DNA of 64,000 nucleotides from NCBI GenBank assembly GCA_964106645.2, contig OZ067045.1. One strand, written 5' to 3'. How positions within the stretch are numbered: the first letter of the stretch is position 1; each line of letters begins with the position of its first letter. The notes beneath the pieces were generated by a model. It ran no database searches, was not told where the DNA came from, and worked only from the letters and a program-made list of their open reading frames with translations. This DNA is from Podarcis pityusensis (lineage: Eukaryota). Shown here in pieces: positions 39,746 through 53,164 of the stretch. The position numbers were made by a program, and so were the translations under genes.

Positions 39746-40405
39746 CTGCTGTCAGCTGATGCTCTACTGTGCTCACATGCCCAGCATCTTCATGCTTAGT
39801 ACCTTTCCAGAGAAACACTTAACTGTCTCCCAGCCACTTCTGGAGAACAAATGCCTCCTTCACCTGGGATAAGGAAAACAGCATTTGCTCAGCAGAGCCA
39901 CTGGGCCGTGAAGCAGCATTTGAATTACTAGAGAGTCTGGGGTGTGAGGATACACACTTTTCTTTTATGTCAGCAACTTTAGCTGATTTTTAAAAACGTA
40001 ACCCAGTGGACGGGGCTAAAACTGGAGGGAATCAGGTTGTGGGGCTTCTTGATTTTATTAATGGCTGCCCCTCACTCCTCTTCTTCCAGTAAATTGAGTA
40101 GTGTTGTGAAACTCCACATCTCAACACACAAAAATCAAAAGTGGAAGCTGGTCAGAAGCAACCTCTCAAACACCTCCCATTCCTAGGAGTGAGGGTGGGA
40201 AATCTTGGTGCCCCTAAACTAGAGGGGCTTTTGGCTTGATCCAGCCAGGCGATCTGCCATTTTTTTTAATTCATGTCCAAGCAGCACAACTTTCCACAGA
40301 CAAGGAGCTTGGTGTTGGCCGCTACATAATTAGTCTGGCTAGACAGCAAAAAGCTTCTATTTTCATTCTCAGCAGAACACAAACAGCCAGATTCTGCCTG
40401 CTTAC

Positions 40406-40463
40406 CTTGGATAGCAGAAAGATAAACAAAGGAATCCTCATGCTCCAAATTTTCCAAAAAAAC
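40406..40463 (-). CDS. TANGO6: TANGO6 exon 14 (58 nt)
   Basis: AG/GT bounded, phase 0/1. VFLENLEHEDSFVYLSAIQ. Confidence 0.93.
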
Positions 40464-40619
40464 CTGGAAGGATAAAGTCCAAGAATCACCCAACTTGCAT
40501 TCAAGTAGGATAGTTTTCACAGCCTCAGTGCTGATGCCTTCCCAACAGAAGACAGTATCTCCTACATCCCTCATGTCACACACAAACCAAAAAATCCAGA
40601 GTTTTTGCTAACTGAAAAC

Positions 40620-40765
40620 AGTCAGTGGTATAGCATCTGCTTTGCAGAAGGTGTCCCCAGGTTGAATCCCCAGTGGCATCTCCAAGTATTGCTGGGAGAG
40701 ACTCCCAGCCTAAAACTGTGAGATGGACCAAGGGTCTGCCTTGTATAAGGTGGCTTCCTATGTCA
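40620..40765 (+). mobile_element. tRNA-Ala-derived SINE, internally deleted
   Basis: Head and GTATAAGGTGGCTTCCTATG tail. Confidence 0.7.
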
Positions 40766-41159
40766 GCTTAACTGGCAGTTGACATCTAGGCAGGGAAGAA
40801 GGAATCCTGGAGGTTTTTGGAACCCATCATGGATTTGACTGTTTTGACAGAGGGAAGGGTCAGATGCCCATGGTTAGAACTGGCTTCCTCAACCAGAGTG
40901 GTGTCTCAGCCAGCATGTGGATGATGCCCAGCCATACCAGCCTGTGTTAACTCAAACTAGAAGTACCCCTGGCATGATGTACCAAAGGAAGAAAAGAGAG
41001 GGTCACACCCCACCAAAAAGGAGAAGGGTCTCCCTTACTTTTCAGGGCATTGAAGATTACTATCTGTTGTAGGGCAAATGCTAGTGACTTAAAAATTAAA
41101 CTTCCACATTACCCTCCCCCTGCGAAAAAAGGCATGCAGGTATATACAAGTGGTTACAA

Positions 41160-41295
41160 TAGCTTTTGCCAACCCAGTGCCCTCTAGATTTGGACCACAA
41201 CTCCCATCAGACCCAGCCAGAACAGCTGAGCTTGCTAGGGCTGATGGGAACTGTAGTCCAAAACATCTGGCACGCAGCAGATTGGCAAAGGTCAG
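41160..41295. mobile_element. Palindromic MITE copy
   Basis: GGACCACAACTCCCATCAG...CTGATGGGAACTGTAGTCC. Confidence 0.7.
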
Positions 41296-41480
41296 GTTTA
41301 CTTAAACCACCAGCAATAGCCTTGCCTATGCCAGGGTTTCAAAGTGAGTTCTTCCATGCAGAAACACCCTTAGTTAGACAGGCCATCACTAAAGGGAGTA
41401 TGAAAGCAATGAAGGCGCGGGCACACTGCAGCCTCGTGGGTATTCTCAGAGGGTTGACACAGTGTACTCTGAGTGTCTAC

Positions 41481-41993
41481 CTTCAGCAGCTTCTCTTGAA
41501 TCTTCAGGGCTTCTGAGTCCCTCTGCTCTATCAAGCGGGAAAGACTACGCAAGGCAGCTGCTCGTGCTGGAATGTCTGGGTCATAAACTGATAAGAGAAG
41601 TTCTTGCAGGTCCTGAGATCCACAGCCTGGCTCTGCAACAGATTCCCCAGCCAGAGGCCCTTTTGGCGGGTTGGAAATGGGGTCTGTGCCTGAACTGCTC
41701 TCCATGTGGTCCTGTGGCAGAGCCGCCTCGGGCTTGGAGGTCTCTCTAGGGGGCCTTTTGGTGAGGCCTTGTCTTACGAGAGCTCTTGGTTTGAGTGCCA
41801 CTCCTGCATCACTCTTGCCCAGGGTACTTTGTGCAGCAGAGCTGACTGTCTCCGTGGAAAAAGCTCCATGGGTGCAGATGGTGATACGCAAGTCGGCAGC
41901 AAGCTCCTGGATGACAGGCTCTGGATGAACGTGGGAGAGATCCTCCAGCAGGGGCACCAGCCCCTTCAGGGAAGCAAAGTCGGCCGGTTTCAG
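41481..41993 (-). CDS. TANGO6: TANGO6 exon 13 (513 nt)
   Basis: AG/GT bounded, phase 0/0. LKPADFASLK...VIQELAADLRITICTHGAF...YDPDIPARAAALRSLS...IQEKLLK. Confidence 0.94.
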
Positions 41994-43863
41994 CTGCAGA
42001 GAGATCATCAAGCATGTTAGTCCGGCCACAAAGACAGACAGAATCAGGGCTTCTCCTGAGAACTTTCCCCAGGGCTGAAGGGAGGCTGTGTCAGGGGAAG
42101 GAACTGTAGGAAGGAAGCCTTTGCTGTGGTTACCGTTATGGGCGTATATGAAGGATCTGGCAGGGGAGATAAGATCATGCCCCAAGCCTACAGGTGCAAA
42201 GAGCGGATGGGGTGGGAAAGGAGCCACTTTCTGGGACTCGTGCTAAGGGCCTTGGGGTACATCTCAGGTGGTGGATTGCAAAGTAGCTGAAGAGCGAGCC
42301 AGGATGGGCAGAATTCACAGTACATATGCTGGAAACTGTCCACTTGAAATCTGGACAACCCACTGCTGCACCCAGCATTGTTACCACACCAAGAACCATC
42401 TGCCCCTCCCCAACAACTTATTTTTAAGCAGCTTTTTAATGTGGCATTATTATAATAGTATGTAGATTTCTGCAATTTGCCTTGCGTGTTAACCAGAGTG
42501 GAGGAAAATTATGTAAATAAGATCATCTTCATCACTCAAGGGTTTTCTGGAAACCACATCCGACTTCAGCAAGAGGTGGTGCAAGTTTTGCTAGGGCCAC
42601 TGTAAAAACACAGGCTATGGGAGAGGAAAGAATAAATTTATGTCTAGGACCAGACCCACCAGGCAGCGACTTTTAAAACTTCCACTGTCATCTAGCAACA
42701 ACCATTCCATCAGGCTATGACAGAGGGACCCAGGGCCTGGCTCCACTGGCTCAGCTAAGAAGACAAGCCATCTTTAGGCTCTTTCCATTGCAGCTGGTTG
42801 TAAGAACTCTGTAACTAAGAACTAGTGCCTGAGTTTTGTTTTCCCTCCTCCTCCCTCCCAATCCTTTTTCCTTTTCTGTAGTGCCTTTTACATTCACTGA
42901 CATTTGTATGCTGTTATGGAAGAGTGTTTTTTTCTAAAGCGTGGGATAAAAATGCTTCAAAATAAATGAACAAAATTGAGGTTCTACCCCTTGCTCAACT
43001 TGTTTTCAACTCTGGTCAGAAACCAAAGTACCGTCCATCTACCCCTAGCCAATCAAAGAACCAAATGGAGTTGAATAACGTCAGCTCAAAGCAGCCTGTT
43101 TTTTTGGTGGGGCTCCTGCCTACAGCCTCTTTGTAGGCCGACAGAAGCCAACTGGCACTTACAGCCTTTATTCCCAGCCTTTTAGCCAAAATGGTTCTCA
43201 GAGCAACCTAAAAATATAAGTTCTGAGATGGTCCTTGCCTTCTGGTTCACAATCGAAAAAGACATGGCACATGAGGAAAAATGAAGAGGAGGGAGGAGGG
43301 AAAAATAAGCTCAAGCACAAGTTATTACAATCCTTGAAGTGACAGCTGATGGCACTGGCAGTTCTTAGGTACCTTACCCTTGATAAAGAGCAAATCCTTC
43401 CCTGAAACACTCTCTCTCCTCTGTGATCACACGCAGGAATAAAGTTTGTGACAATGCCCAGGCCAAGAGGACAGGGCAGCTCCTGGAACATGGTTCTCCT
43501 TTCCCTCAAGACAGCTGACTTGTTGGCAGTTCAGATGCTCGCAGGAGAATTTGATAGCGTTGCTCAGTGACAGCTCTAGCCATCTCACCCTAACCAGAAG
43601 TGCTCTTCTCCTCCCACCCTGCCAAGGTCACATCCAGGAGCAGAACTTCCTGCATTCTGCCCCTTCCTCATGGAAAGAGAGTGCTTGCCCCAAAGGTACA
43701 AAGCACCTGACACGGGAGAAGTACTGCATCAGGCTCACTGTTCTCAGGTGGAGCCAGTTGTTTCTCAAACTGCCTTGAAAGGCTGGGTACTGGGTGGGAA
43801 TCTGCTATGTGAGCTGTAATCTAGTCCCACATTAGGCTCTAGCCAGCACTGTTGCCTCTCTCA

Positions 43864-44160
<297 letters not shown>

Positions 44161-44774
44161 CTAGAGAGAAAGAAGCAAAGGGAGATTATCATGTCATTTG
44201 GCTGAAAGATTGCCAAGACCTCAAAGACACACTGTACATCTATCTCAACAAACTCTCCAGAGTGTAACCAGAAGCTTGTTTATACAATCAAAATTAAGGA
44301 CTCTTATCCTGAAGTTATTACTCAGAGGATTCTGGGGCATTTCAGCTACACTCCATCACTGACAACCTCAGGCCACTTCACAGGCCACTGGGTTTCTGCA
44401 AGGAACTGCAATGTCAACAGCTCCGATCCTTGACAAGGACCAGAAATTCTCCTTCTGCTGATATCAGCCTGGATTTGCCCCTTGACTATGGAAACAGTAC
44501 CAGCAGTTTGGGTCTATCTTAATAAAGGTATTGCCCATCTGTGGGTTTTGAAACCATGTGTAGTAACGACTTGGAACCCCAGAGAGTGAGTTTAAAGTGC
44601 AGCAATGTAGGACTCTCTAGACATGCAAGCAGCCATGTAGCAGAATGAAACTCACAAGGGCTTATTGTCAGGGATGGGGAACTTGTGACCCTCCAAATGT
44701 TGTTGGACTACAACCCCCCTCCCCCATCATCTGTGACCATTGGCCATGCTGGTTGGTGCTGCTGGATCAATAAT

Positions 44775-44940
44775 CTAGGAAGCTGCTTTATGCCAAGTCA
44801 GACCAATGGTCCATTTAGCCCAGGACTGTCTACACTGACTGCCAGGGGTTCTCCAGGATTCCAAACTGGGTATATTCTCATCCCTATCTGGAAACATTGG
44901 GGATCAAAACCAGGTTCTTCTTCCATTGAACTATGTCCCT
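44775..44940 (-). mobile_element. tRNA-Ala-derived SINE (abuts a truncated palindromic MITE at about 44670-44770)
   Basis: Same family consensus. Confidence 0.75.
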
Positions 44941-45875
44941 TCTGGGAAGCCTTCAAGCAGGGTGCGAGGGCCATGGTTGTCCATCATTGTATGCACCTCT
45001 GAACATGAACCTAGGCAGCTCTCTGGCAGGGAAGTCAAGGTCCCCTTGAATTTCTCTACCCTAAATAAAACAAAACCCTCAGGGAGCCAAGAGATCTCCC
45101 CTTTCTTTCTTTCTTAGGGCGGCAGCATGGCAAATTACTGTTAGTATTGGTTCCCTTTGGGCATTGCACCCATCTCTTTTTCTGATCTCAGAACAGGCAA
45201 TTTTAAGCCCGGGGCCAAGCAAATTCTCCCTGCCAGGTGTGTCTGGTACCAGGTGTATCTGGAGGGCAAAGAGGGAGGTGGCGGTAGGGAGTTTAGTAAC
45301 TAAATCCATTAACCAGCCGCCTCCTGGGGGGAAAAACTCCTTTGGGTTTCCTTGATATGCTTGTCTTTTCAACAAACTGCCTAATTATCCAAGTAAAAGA
45401 CAAAGGGAGGGAGGAAGATTAGGTTTTGTGCACTCAAGAAGTCTGTTTTTGTGGGAGACTATTGGATACTTTTGTTCTTTCTAGGTCTCAGAAGAAAACT
45501 TTGCACCCAAAGCAGATTCTCTCACTTGACAGTTTTGTTCTCCCCCACCCCACCTGCCACCGCCAAATCTGACAGCCAGGCATTTTGAGCAACCTCCTCA
45601 GCTTTCTGAGGCTTGAAATTAACACAGCCCTTCCCCCACCCCTTTCTGCTGGCCACCTAGCCTAGTGAAACTGGTGCGGCACCTAAGGAAGGAGGAGGGG
45701 AGTCTGCTTCCGCTGTGACCACCCAGGCTGCTCCCAAGAATCACTCAGCCTGGGGCCTCTAAAAAAACCCTCTGCTGGCCCTGAAGTCACCACCAATGGG
45801 TGATGTGGCAAACTCCCCTCCCAATCGCAGACTTCTTGTCCGACTGCAGCTCGGGAGACCACGGCCTCAACAAAC

Positions 45876-46070
45876 CTGTGAGATGTCTGTGAACAGCGCA
45901 TCCGAGATCCTCTCACACATCATGCCAACCAACTGCAGCACCTGCAGCTGCCTCTCTTGCTGCTCAAGGCCAGGGTTGCAGCACTGCTCCAAGTCCAGAG
46001 GGCTGTTGCAGAAGGAGAGCGGGGCAGACTCCATTTTGGAAGCACCCTGCCCAGCAATGCGTGTCAGCTC
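45876..46070 (-). CDS. TANGO6: TANGO6 exon 11 (195 nt)
   Basis: AG/GT bounded, phase 0/0. ELTRIAGQG...QERQLQVLQLVGMMCERISDALFTDISQ. Confidence 0.9.
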
Positions 46071-46991
46071 CTGTCAGAGGGAGGGGGGCAGAATGGAAGA
46101 AGAAAAAAACCCCAAGCATTTAATCAGAGGAATGCACATAGGAAAAGGCACATATATATTGCTTTGGCATGTCAGTGCACTTTGACCAGCACATTGTTTA
46201 TTATTAAGTAAATATTGTTGAATAGTAAACACAGAGAACAAGTAGAGGAGGGCTGGATGGATACCCACCCACAAACAGGAAGCCCCCTCCCCCTGAAGAG
46301 GGATTATTCGCAGCTGTGAAACCCACAATTACACTTCAAAGATTCTCCTGTTGTCAAAACAGCCCCAGAAGGAACAGCAGTTAACCCTTTCCCACATTGA
46401 CACTGCTGGCGTCTTTTGCAGACATGGTCCTCTGTGCAGGAGGCAGACACAAAAAACCCTGCCATTAGCATCCATCTGTAACACTGCAATATTTGTACCA
46501 GAAAACTTCACTGTCAGGAGTATGCACATACTTTAATTAGCTGCTTTCATTCAAAAGGGGCTCCAGCGAATTTCCAGAGCATCTTTCTTCCCAACTATAT
46601 GCCCCACACGAAACAACTAAAGCCATTCTTTGCTTTTTTGCATTTCAAAAGAACTGCACAATAAAGGAAGTTCACAACTTTCAACAAACAGGCCAAACCT
46701 CACATGCTTTGCATCTCCATCACTGACTCATCACTCACCAAAGACTGCCTCTTGCAGAGCCGATGCCTGACTGTCTAGTTGCATCATTTTGCCTCTTGCA
46801 TCCCTGAAAGTATCTTTGAAGGGTTGATGTTGCAGAGGGAGAACAATCACTCTGCATTAGTTAAATAGAGACTTGAGGAGGAGTTGAGGAACCCACTTTG
46901 TTAAAAGGGTTGTTTTCTCTTTTGCAAACTTCTTATTTTCTTCTCCAATGTTGCCTGCCTAAGGGTGGGGGGTGTCCCTTAAAACCACAGA

Positions 46992-47672
46992 TGGGCTGAT
47001 GGTAGCTCAGTGGTGGAGCATCTGCTTTGCATGCAGAAGGTTCCAGGCTCAGTCCCTGGCATCTCCAGGTAGGACTGGGAGAAAATTCCTGCTTGAAACC
47101 CTGGAGAATTGCTGTCCATTAGTGTAGCCCAGATGTTTTCAACCTTTTTGGGTCCACAGCTCCCTTGACCAACTACATTCTTTCTGTGGCACCCCTGTGG
47201 GGCTCAGGAGCCCAGTTATGTCACCTCTTGCCTCTAGAAGTGGCAGCCCCTCACCACTTTTCGAACACCCTCCCTTGTGGAGTGTTCCCTCAACCTCCTC
47301 TTTTCTCCCTTCTCCTTGGGAGTCCTCTGGGCTGCCACCCCTGGTCTCTGAGCAGTCCCCCGTGCCCCAAAGAGAGGTGCCTCCTCACATTACCCCACAG
47401 GGGCCTGGGAAGCACCCCCTGGCCAGCCCCAGAGGCATTATTCACCTGGGGAGCTTATAGCCAGGGCTGCTGCAACAAACAGCCATGCAAGCCTTTGGGA
47501 GCCAGAGATGTGAGAGGACATCAGAGAAGGGAGGGAAGGAAAGAGGCACAGAGGCCACTGTTGCCTGCAGCACCCTTGACCATCATTCAAGGCATCCCAG
47601 GGTGTAGCCACTACTGAGCTAGATGGGCCAGTAGTCTGACTGAGTATAAGGAAGCTTCCTATGTCCCTATGT
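46992..47672 (+). mobile_element. tRNA-Ala-derived SINE split by a nested element
   Basis: Head at 46992-47129 and tail at 47602-47672 rejoin into the family consensus. Confidence 0.8.
47130..47601. mobile_element. hAT-type non-autonomous element nested in a SINE
   Basis: Left end CAGATGTTTTCAACC. Perfect 8-bp duplication GTGTAGCC at 47122-47129 and 47602-47609. Confidence 0.75.
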
Positions 47673-47726
47673 TCATGCAGAGAAGGATCTTTCTTACCAC
47701 CTGTGGTTACCTGATATATTTTTTTA

Positions 47727-47981
<255 letters not shown>

Positions 47982-48161
47982 TCACAAAGGGGAGTCACAG
48001 CTTTCCTGGCAGCAACTCTGAGCATCTTACATTCCTCTTCCATCCTTCTGCAAGTGACCTCAGGCCAGCTCCTTAACAGAGGGAGGATCTTTTGAGCCAC
48101 CAAGAGCAGGCAGCTGTGTTGCTAATCAACAATCTTAAGAAGCACTTGAACAGCTCTACAG

Positions 48162-48285
48162 CAGCCTTCCCCAACCTGGTGTCCTCCTGATGTTTTGGAC
48201 TACAACTCCCATCAGCCCCAGCCAGGACGGCCATGGCAGGAGTTGCAGTCCTACAACATGTGGAGGACACCATATCCTGGGGTAG
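48162..48285. mobile_element. Palindromic MITE copy (another at about 48715-48845)
   Basis: Family arms GGACTACAACTCCCATCAGCCCCAG...GGAGTTGCAGTCC. Confidence 0.7.
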
Positions 48286-49798
48286 TGTTTCACACTGCAA
48301 AGCCAAGAGTCCAGCAGTCTGCCTAGAAAGTTGATTTGAGACGGTAGCCACCCAAAAGCATGCTTGCTCTCCCTCACTGTGTGCAGGAAGATCACAGGCC
48401 TGTTGACAGCAATGTTCTGCAGCAATGCTCTAACAGCATGCAATGTGAGCTACTTACTGGGACAGGTTTTCCACTCCCCACACTCCCCGCTACCTTGGTT
48501 AATAGGATTAGGTTTTGTGCTTTGACTAGCACAAGAGGCCCAAGTTTTCTCAGAGAAGTTTGTGGGGCTAAATATACGAACATTGGGTTTTGCTGCCAGG
48601 TGTTTTTTGTTTTTGGTTGTATTGGCCACCTTGGGAGTTTTTAAAATGGAAGGATACCACTCATGTTTTGAAAAATAAAAGAACAAAGCATGGCAGAATG
48701 GCTAAGAAAAACTTCACCAGCCTTGGCCTTCCAGATGTATTAGACTATAGCTCCGATCAGCCTCAGCTCAGCCAATATGGCCATATGATGTTGGGGCTGA
48801 TGAGAGTTACAGTCCAAAACATCTGGAGGGCACCAGGTTAGGCTAAGAGATAAGGAAATTCCTCATCTGAATCTTGCCTCTGCCATACACCACTCTCTTT
48901 CTCTCTCTGTGTCAGTCCCACATCTGCAACAGGGGATAATCACACTAACCTGCTTTACCCGGCTGCTGTTAGGATCACAATGAGGTGATTTAGGTGAAGT
49001 ATTTTACACACATGAATGGCAAACTCGTGGAAAGCAAGAGTGGAGGCTCAACTCTGCAAGTCAACTCACACTGCAAGCCCAGCATTCAAGAGAAGGCAGA
49101 GGCAACTCTTTGGCAACACACTAAATCAGCAGAGGCTTGTGGCACTTTAAAAGGCTAGCAAATAAGGCACAAGTGTTCATGGACTGGAGGTGTATGAATA
49201 GCTATCTTCAGTTGGCAGGTAGGGGTGTCAGGAGTGGGGAGGACAAATGTGAACTGGACACCAAATGGCTAAGAAATATAAAAAGTCCAGTCTGTGACAA
49301 TTATGTGCCAAGCGAAGTTACCATTCATTACACCAGTAATTGGTGAAAACACCACCACCATAACATTATGAAGTTAATTAGCACCTTCAGCGAGACAGGA
49401 AACCACCAGGTAACAGAGGAATGGTTGCAAAAAGACAAAACAAAAATAATCCCAGCTTATAAAACACAGCGCCCATACATGGGCTTGTGAGTGGGAAAAT
49501 CTGACATTGAAATTGGTTGAACAAGAAGGGGAAAGCAGGGAGCTTGCACTGCACACTTGGGAGGCCAGAGTGCACCTTCGCCCTCTGATTCTCAAGGGTT
49601 TGATTCAGGTGCTGTGGGAGCTGGAGTGGGCCCCTTCAGCTCCGTCACATATGCTGGGGTGAGGTTCTCAGCACAGAGCAGCAATAGAGATCTGTAAATG
49701 TCTCCCCCCACCCACCTGAGTAGCACTGCTGCACTGAGTAGCAGCATGGCCTAGGTGATAAACTAGACTCCAAAAACAGGGTTCCCCTTCTCTCCTGT

Positions 49799-49933
49799 TA
49801 GGGTTGCCATATGTCCTCTTTTTCCAGGACACACCCTCTTTTTCATGGGTAGTGTTGTCATAGCGATCCATAGTTAAAAGTAGAAGTTGGCAAATGTGTC
49901 CTCTTTTTTGCTTTTCAAAATATGGCAACCCTA
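49799..49933. mobile_element. TIR element (TAGGGTTGCCATA termini)
   Basis: Perfect 14-bp TIR TAGGGTTGCCATAT / ATATGGCAACCCTA. Internal TGTCCTCTTTTT repeats. CCTGT on both flanks. Confidence 0.75.
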
Positions 49934-50287
49934 CCTGTAGCCTTCCATTAGCATACTGGGAGTGTTTACCATCAGTGCATGCAGCAGTCATTGGGGGTTC
50001 TTGGGCTTAGAATTTGAGCTTTCGCTTCTGTTCATTTGCTTACTCCTCAGAGCCAGCCCTCCCCGCAGCCCCTGTAGCTGACCGCTTTGTGGTTTTCAGT
50101 TTCAGTTACATGAGCCTCTGGCAAGGAGAACTTTGGAAGTCCAAGATAAGGCCCACGAGCTCCAGATTCCCTTCTCTTTCCACTTTGATGAGTCTTCCAT
50201 TTCCTTCCAGCACATCACTCCCCAGTGCTTGGGGCTTCACACTGTTTCATCATTTCGTCATTACATCAGCACTCATTCACAGAAATG

Positions 50288-50500
50288 AGAACATCAGAAG
50301 AGCTTAGCTACTGAATCAGGCCAAAGGGGGCCATCTGGTCCAGTACCTGGTTCTTACAGGGCCAACCAAATGCCTCAGTGGGAAGCCCAAAAGCAGGAAC
50401 TGAGCCCAGCAGCACTTGTGCAACTTGTGATTCCCAGCAACTGGTAATTCAGAAGCAGACTGTCTCTAAAAGCAGAGGGAGAATGTAGCCACTGTTAGCC
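50288..50500 (-). mobile_element. CR1-like LINE 3'UTR fragment
   Basis: GAACATCAGAAGAGC tail, similar to the 59050-59420 copy. Confidence 0.6.
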
Positions 50501-50977
50501 CTATCCCTTTGCAACCCTTCTGCAAATTGGCATGCGCATACTGTACACACAACTGCTCTTAAGGACACATAAGTGAAGCAACACCTCCATACGTCCTGTT
50601 ACTTGCTCAAAGAGCCAGACAGAAGCACTCACTCCACTTCACAGTCTGCAACTACTTATACATGAATGCAGGTGACACGAGTCTGCCCAGCCTCAAGAAA
50701 AGCTGTGGCCCTCTTCCCCCAGCATGCCACCTGTGCCAACGAGCCTGAAGCTTCACAAACACCTTATCTGAAAGATTCACATTTCCAGAAAGGTATTTTG
50801 AGATGGTGGAGCTTGCTGTGTCCACTTCCAGAGAAGACACAGGACAGGCAACCCTGGAAATCAGACAGCCACAAGGCTCCATCTTCTCTGCTTTGAGAAG
50901 ACCACCCCCAGAACAAGTTCAGCCACCACATCAGCCTGCAGCCACACAGGACTGGAAAACCACATGCAGTTTCTCAC

Positions 50978-51154
50978 CTGATAGTCTCTTTGATGGTGAC
51001 TACAGCGCCCCCTTCACTGCCTGCCTGAAACTGACAGAGCGGATGGAGCAGGTGGGTGGCTCCTCCAAGCCTTGCAAGTCCTTCCAGGACGGATAGTGCA
51101 GTTTGCCTCTTGCATTTCTCCAAGAACCATAACAGGATCTCTTGGCATGGAGTG
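50978..51154 (-). CDS. TANGO6: TANGO6 exon 9 (177 nt)
   Basis: AG/GT bounded, phase 2/2. TPCQEILLWFLEKC...HPLCQFQAGSEGGAVVTIKETI. Confidence 0.92.
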
Positions 51155-52474
51155 CTACAAGGAAGGAAATGTGGAAATGAGTGACTGCTAGGCAGTCCAA
51201 GGGAGAACGAGTATGTGCCGAATCTGAACCTGGCAGGGTTGAAGAGAAAGGGCAGGTGAACCTGGAAGTGTCCTAGAGGCTGCAAATCAGGCAGTGGACT
51301 TCTCCATTGCTAACCCTAACCCTTTCCTTAACATGAGACCCATGTATCCCAGGAGAAGGGATCCTCAGGCCTGGGGGTTGAATGCAGCTCTCCAGGCCTA
51401 TGTACCTGACCCTCAATACTCTCCCTAGGCCACCTCTCACTTTTCATTTCACATAGGCCAGGCATGTTTTTGCCTTGCTGGAATGTGTCTTTAAATTCTG
51501 ATGATGCCTCCTGCATGCCAAGATAGAGGATAGAGAAGATTGTGCAAGTATGTGCAGAAACTAACCTACTGTACAAAAGTAACATTTACATTCATTGCTC
51601 CACACACTTTTGCCTTTGGTCATGCCCACCGCTGGCCTGTGGAAGATTCCCCAAAGGGAACACAACTCTTGGGCAGGAGGAGGTTCTCCACCACTGCTGT
51701 ATCCCTTGCAAGAGCTCCCTAAGCATTTGCCCTTGCACCATTAAGAAGTGCTGGGCTCATCATGATTGTTCCGAGCTGCAGCTGCCAACATTTAAATCCC
51801 ATTTCCTCGACAAGTCCTGAAGATGCCTCTCTCTCATGAGAAGCAGCATCCAACTCCCTCAGATATGATCTGCCTAACTGTATCCCCAGCTTGTGCCAGC
51901 ATCAACTCCTTAGAGCAGGAAGTCTGGTCTCCAGGTACTGCTGTGCAGCACAAAATACTGCCTTGTTGTCTGTGAACAGAAAGCAAGCCACACATACACA
52001 CACAAAGCAGCAGCAGTATCATCATCAACTTTATTGCACTAGCCAAAGGCCATGGCATCATTCACAAAGGAAACAAAAAGAAAAGCAACAATAACCATAA
52101 AAACCTTAAAAACATCAGGCACTGTAGACACAATAAACCACGATCACGTCTCCTAAGAATTATTTGTTGCATACGATAGAATAGCAAGGGGTTCTCAGGT
52201 AGAATGTGCCAGCTTAAGGATCCGAATCAACTTTGCAATTGACCGCTATTTTATCTAGTTCTTTTCTCCTGATCTTCTTAGCTGCCAACACATATAGTGC
52301 TACTTTATAAGTTACGAAGTCACAGCAGCACTAAGAGAGAGTCATCTGCCTGCCTTCATGTCCTTGAAACTGCCCCCATACGAGGGATGTTTCTCCCAAG
52401 ATGCAGTGGGAGGAATTTTTTTGAAATCAGATGGTCTTTGACTGCAGAGCCCTTCCTCTGGGCCACACACCTTA

Positions 52475-52711
<237 letters not shown>

Positions 52712-52913
52712 TCACCTTGAGAGGCACTGCTCTCTGCAATAACCCTTGAGAAATGAACATAAAGGTTATAGATACAGAAATGGGCTTGGAAGTGCATGGG
52801 CAATGAGAGCTAGCAGAGGTGTGATAAACCTGGACAACCTAGGACCTATGCAGATTTCCATAACTGAAAGCTCATTTCTTTTCCAGGACACACCCATTTG
52901 ATTTATTTATCTA

Positions 52914-53164
52914 GAGCCGTACCTTGGAAGTTGAATGGAAACCATTCCGGAAGTCCGTTCAACGTCCAAAATGTTCAAAAACCAAATCATGGCTTCTGAT
53001 TGGCTGCAGGAAGCGCCTGCAGCTAATCAGAAGCTGCGGAAGCCCCGTTGGATATTCAGGTTCCCAAAAAATGTTCGTAAACTGGAACAATCACTTCCAG
53101 GTTTGCGGCGTTCGGGAGCCAAAACATTTGAGTTCCAGGGCGTTCGGGATCCAAGGTACGACTG
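52914..53164. mobile_element. Tc1/mariner (Tigger/pogo-like) MITE
   Basis: TIRs GAGCCGTACCTTGGA / TCCAAGGTACGACTG, TA on both flanks, internal hairpin GCTTCTGATTGGCTGCAGG...CCTGCAGCTAATCAGAAGC. Confidence 0.8.

Noticed and set aside
41994-42227. Upstream extension of the 285-aa ORF containing TANGO6 exon 13
   Set aside because: Intronic read-through. Similarity and phase fit begin at the acceptor at 41993.
46992-47068. tRNA-Ala(TGC)-like sequence, also at other SINE heads
   Set aside because: Degenerate stems and T-loop, and continuous with a SINE body and tail, so not a tRNA gene.
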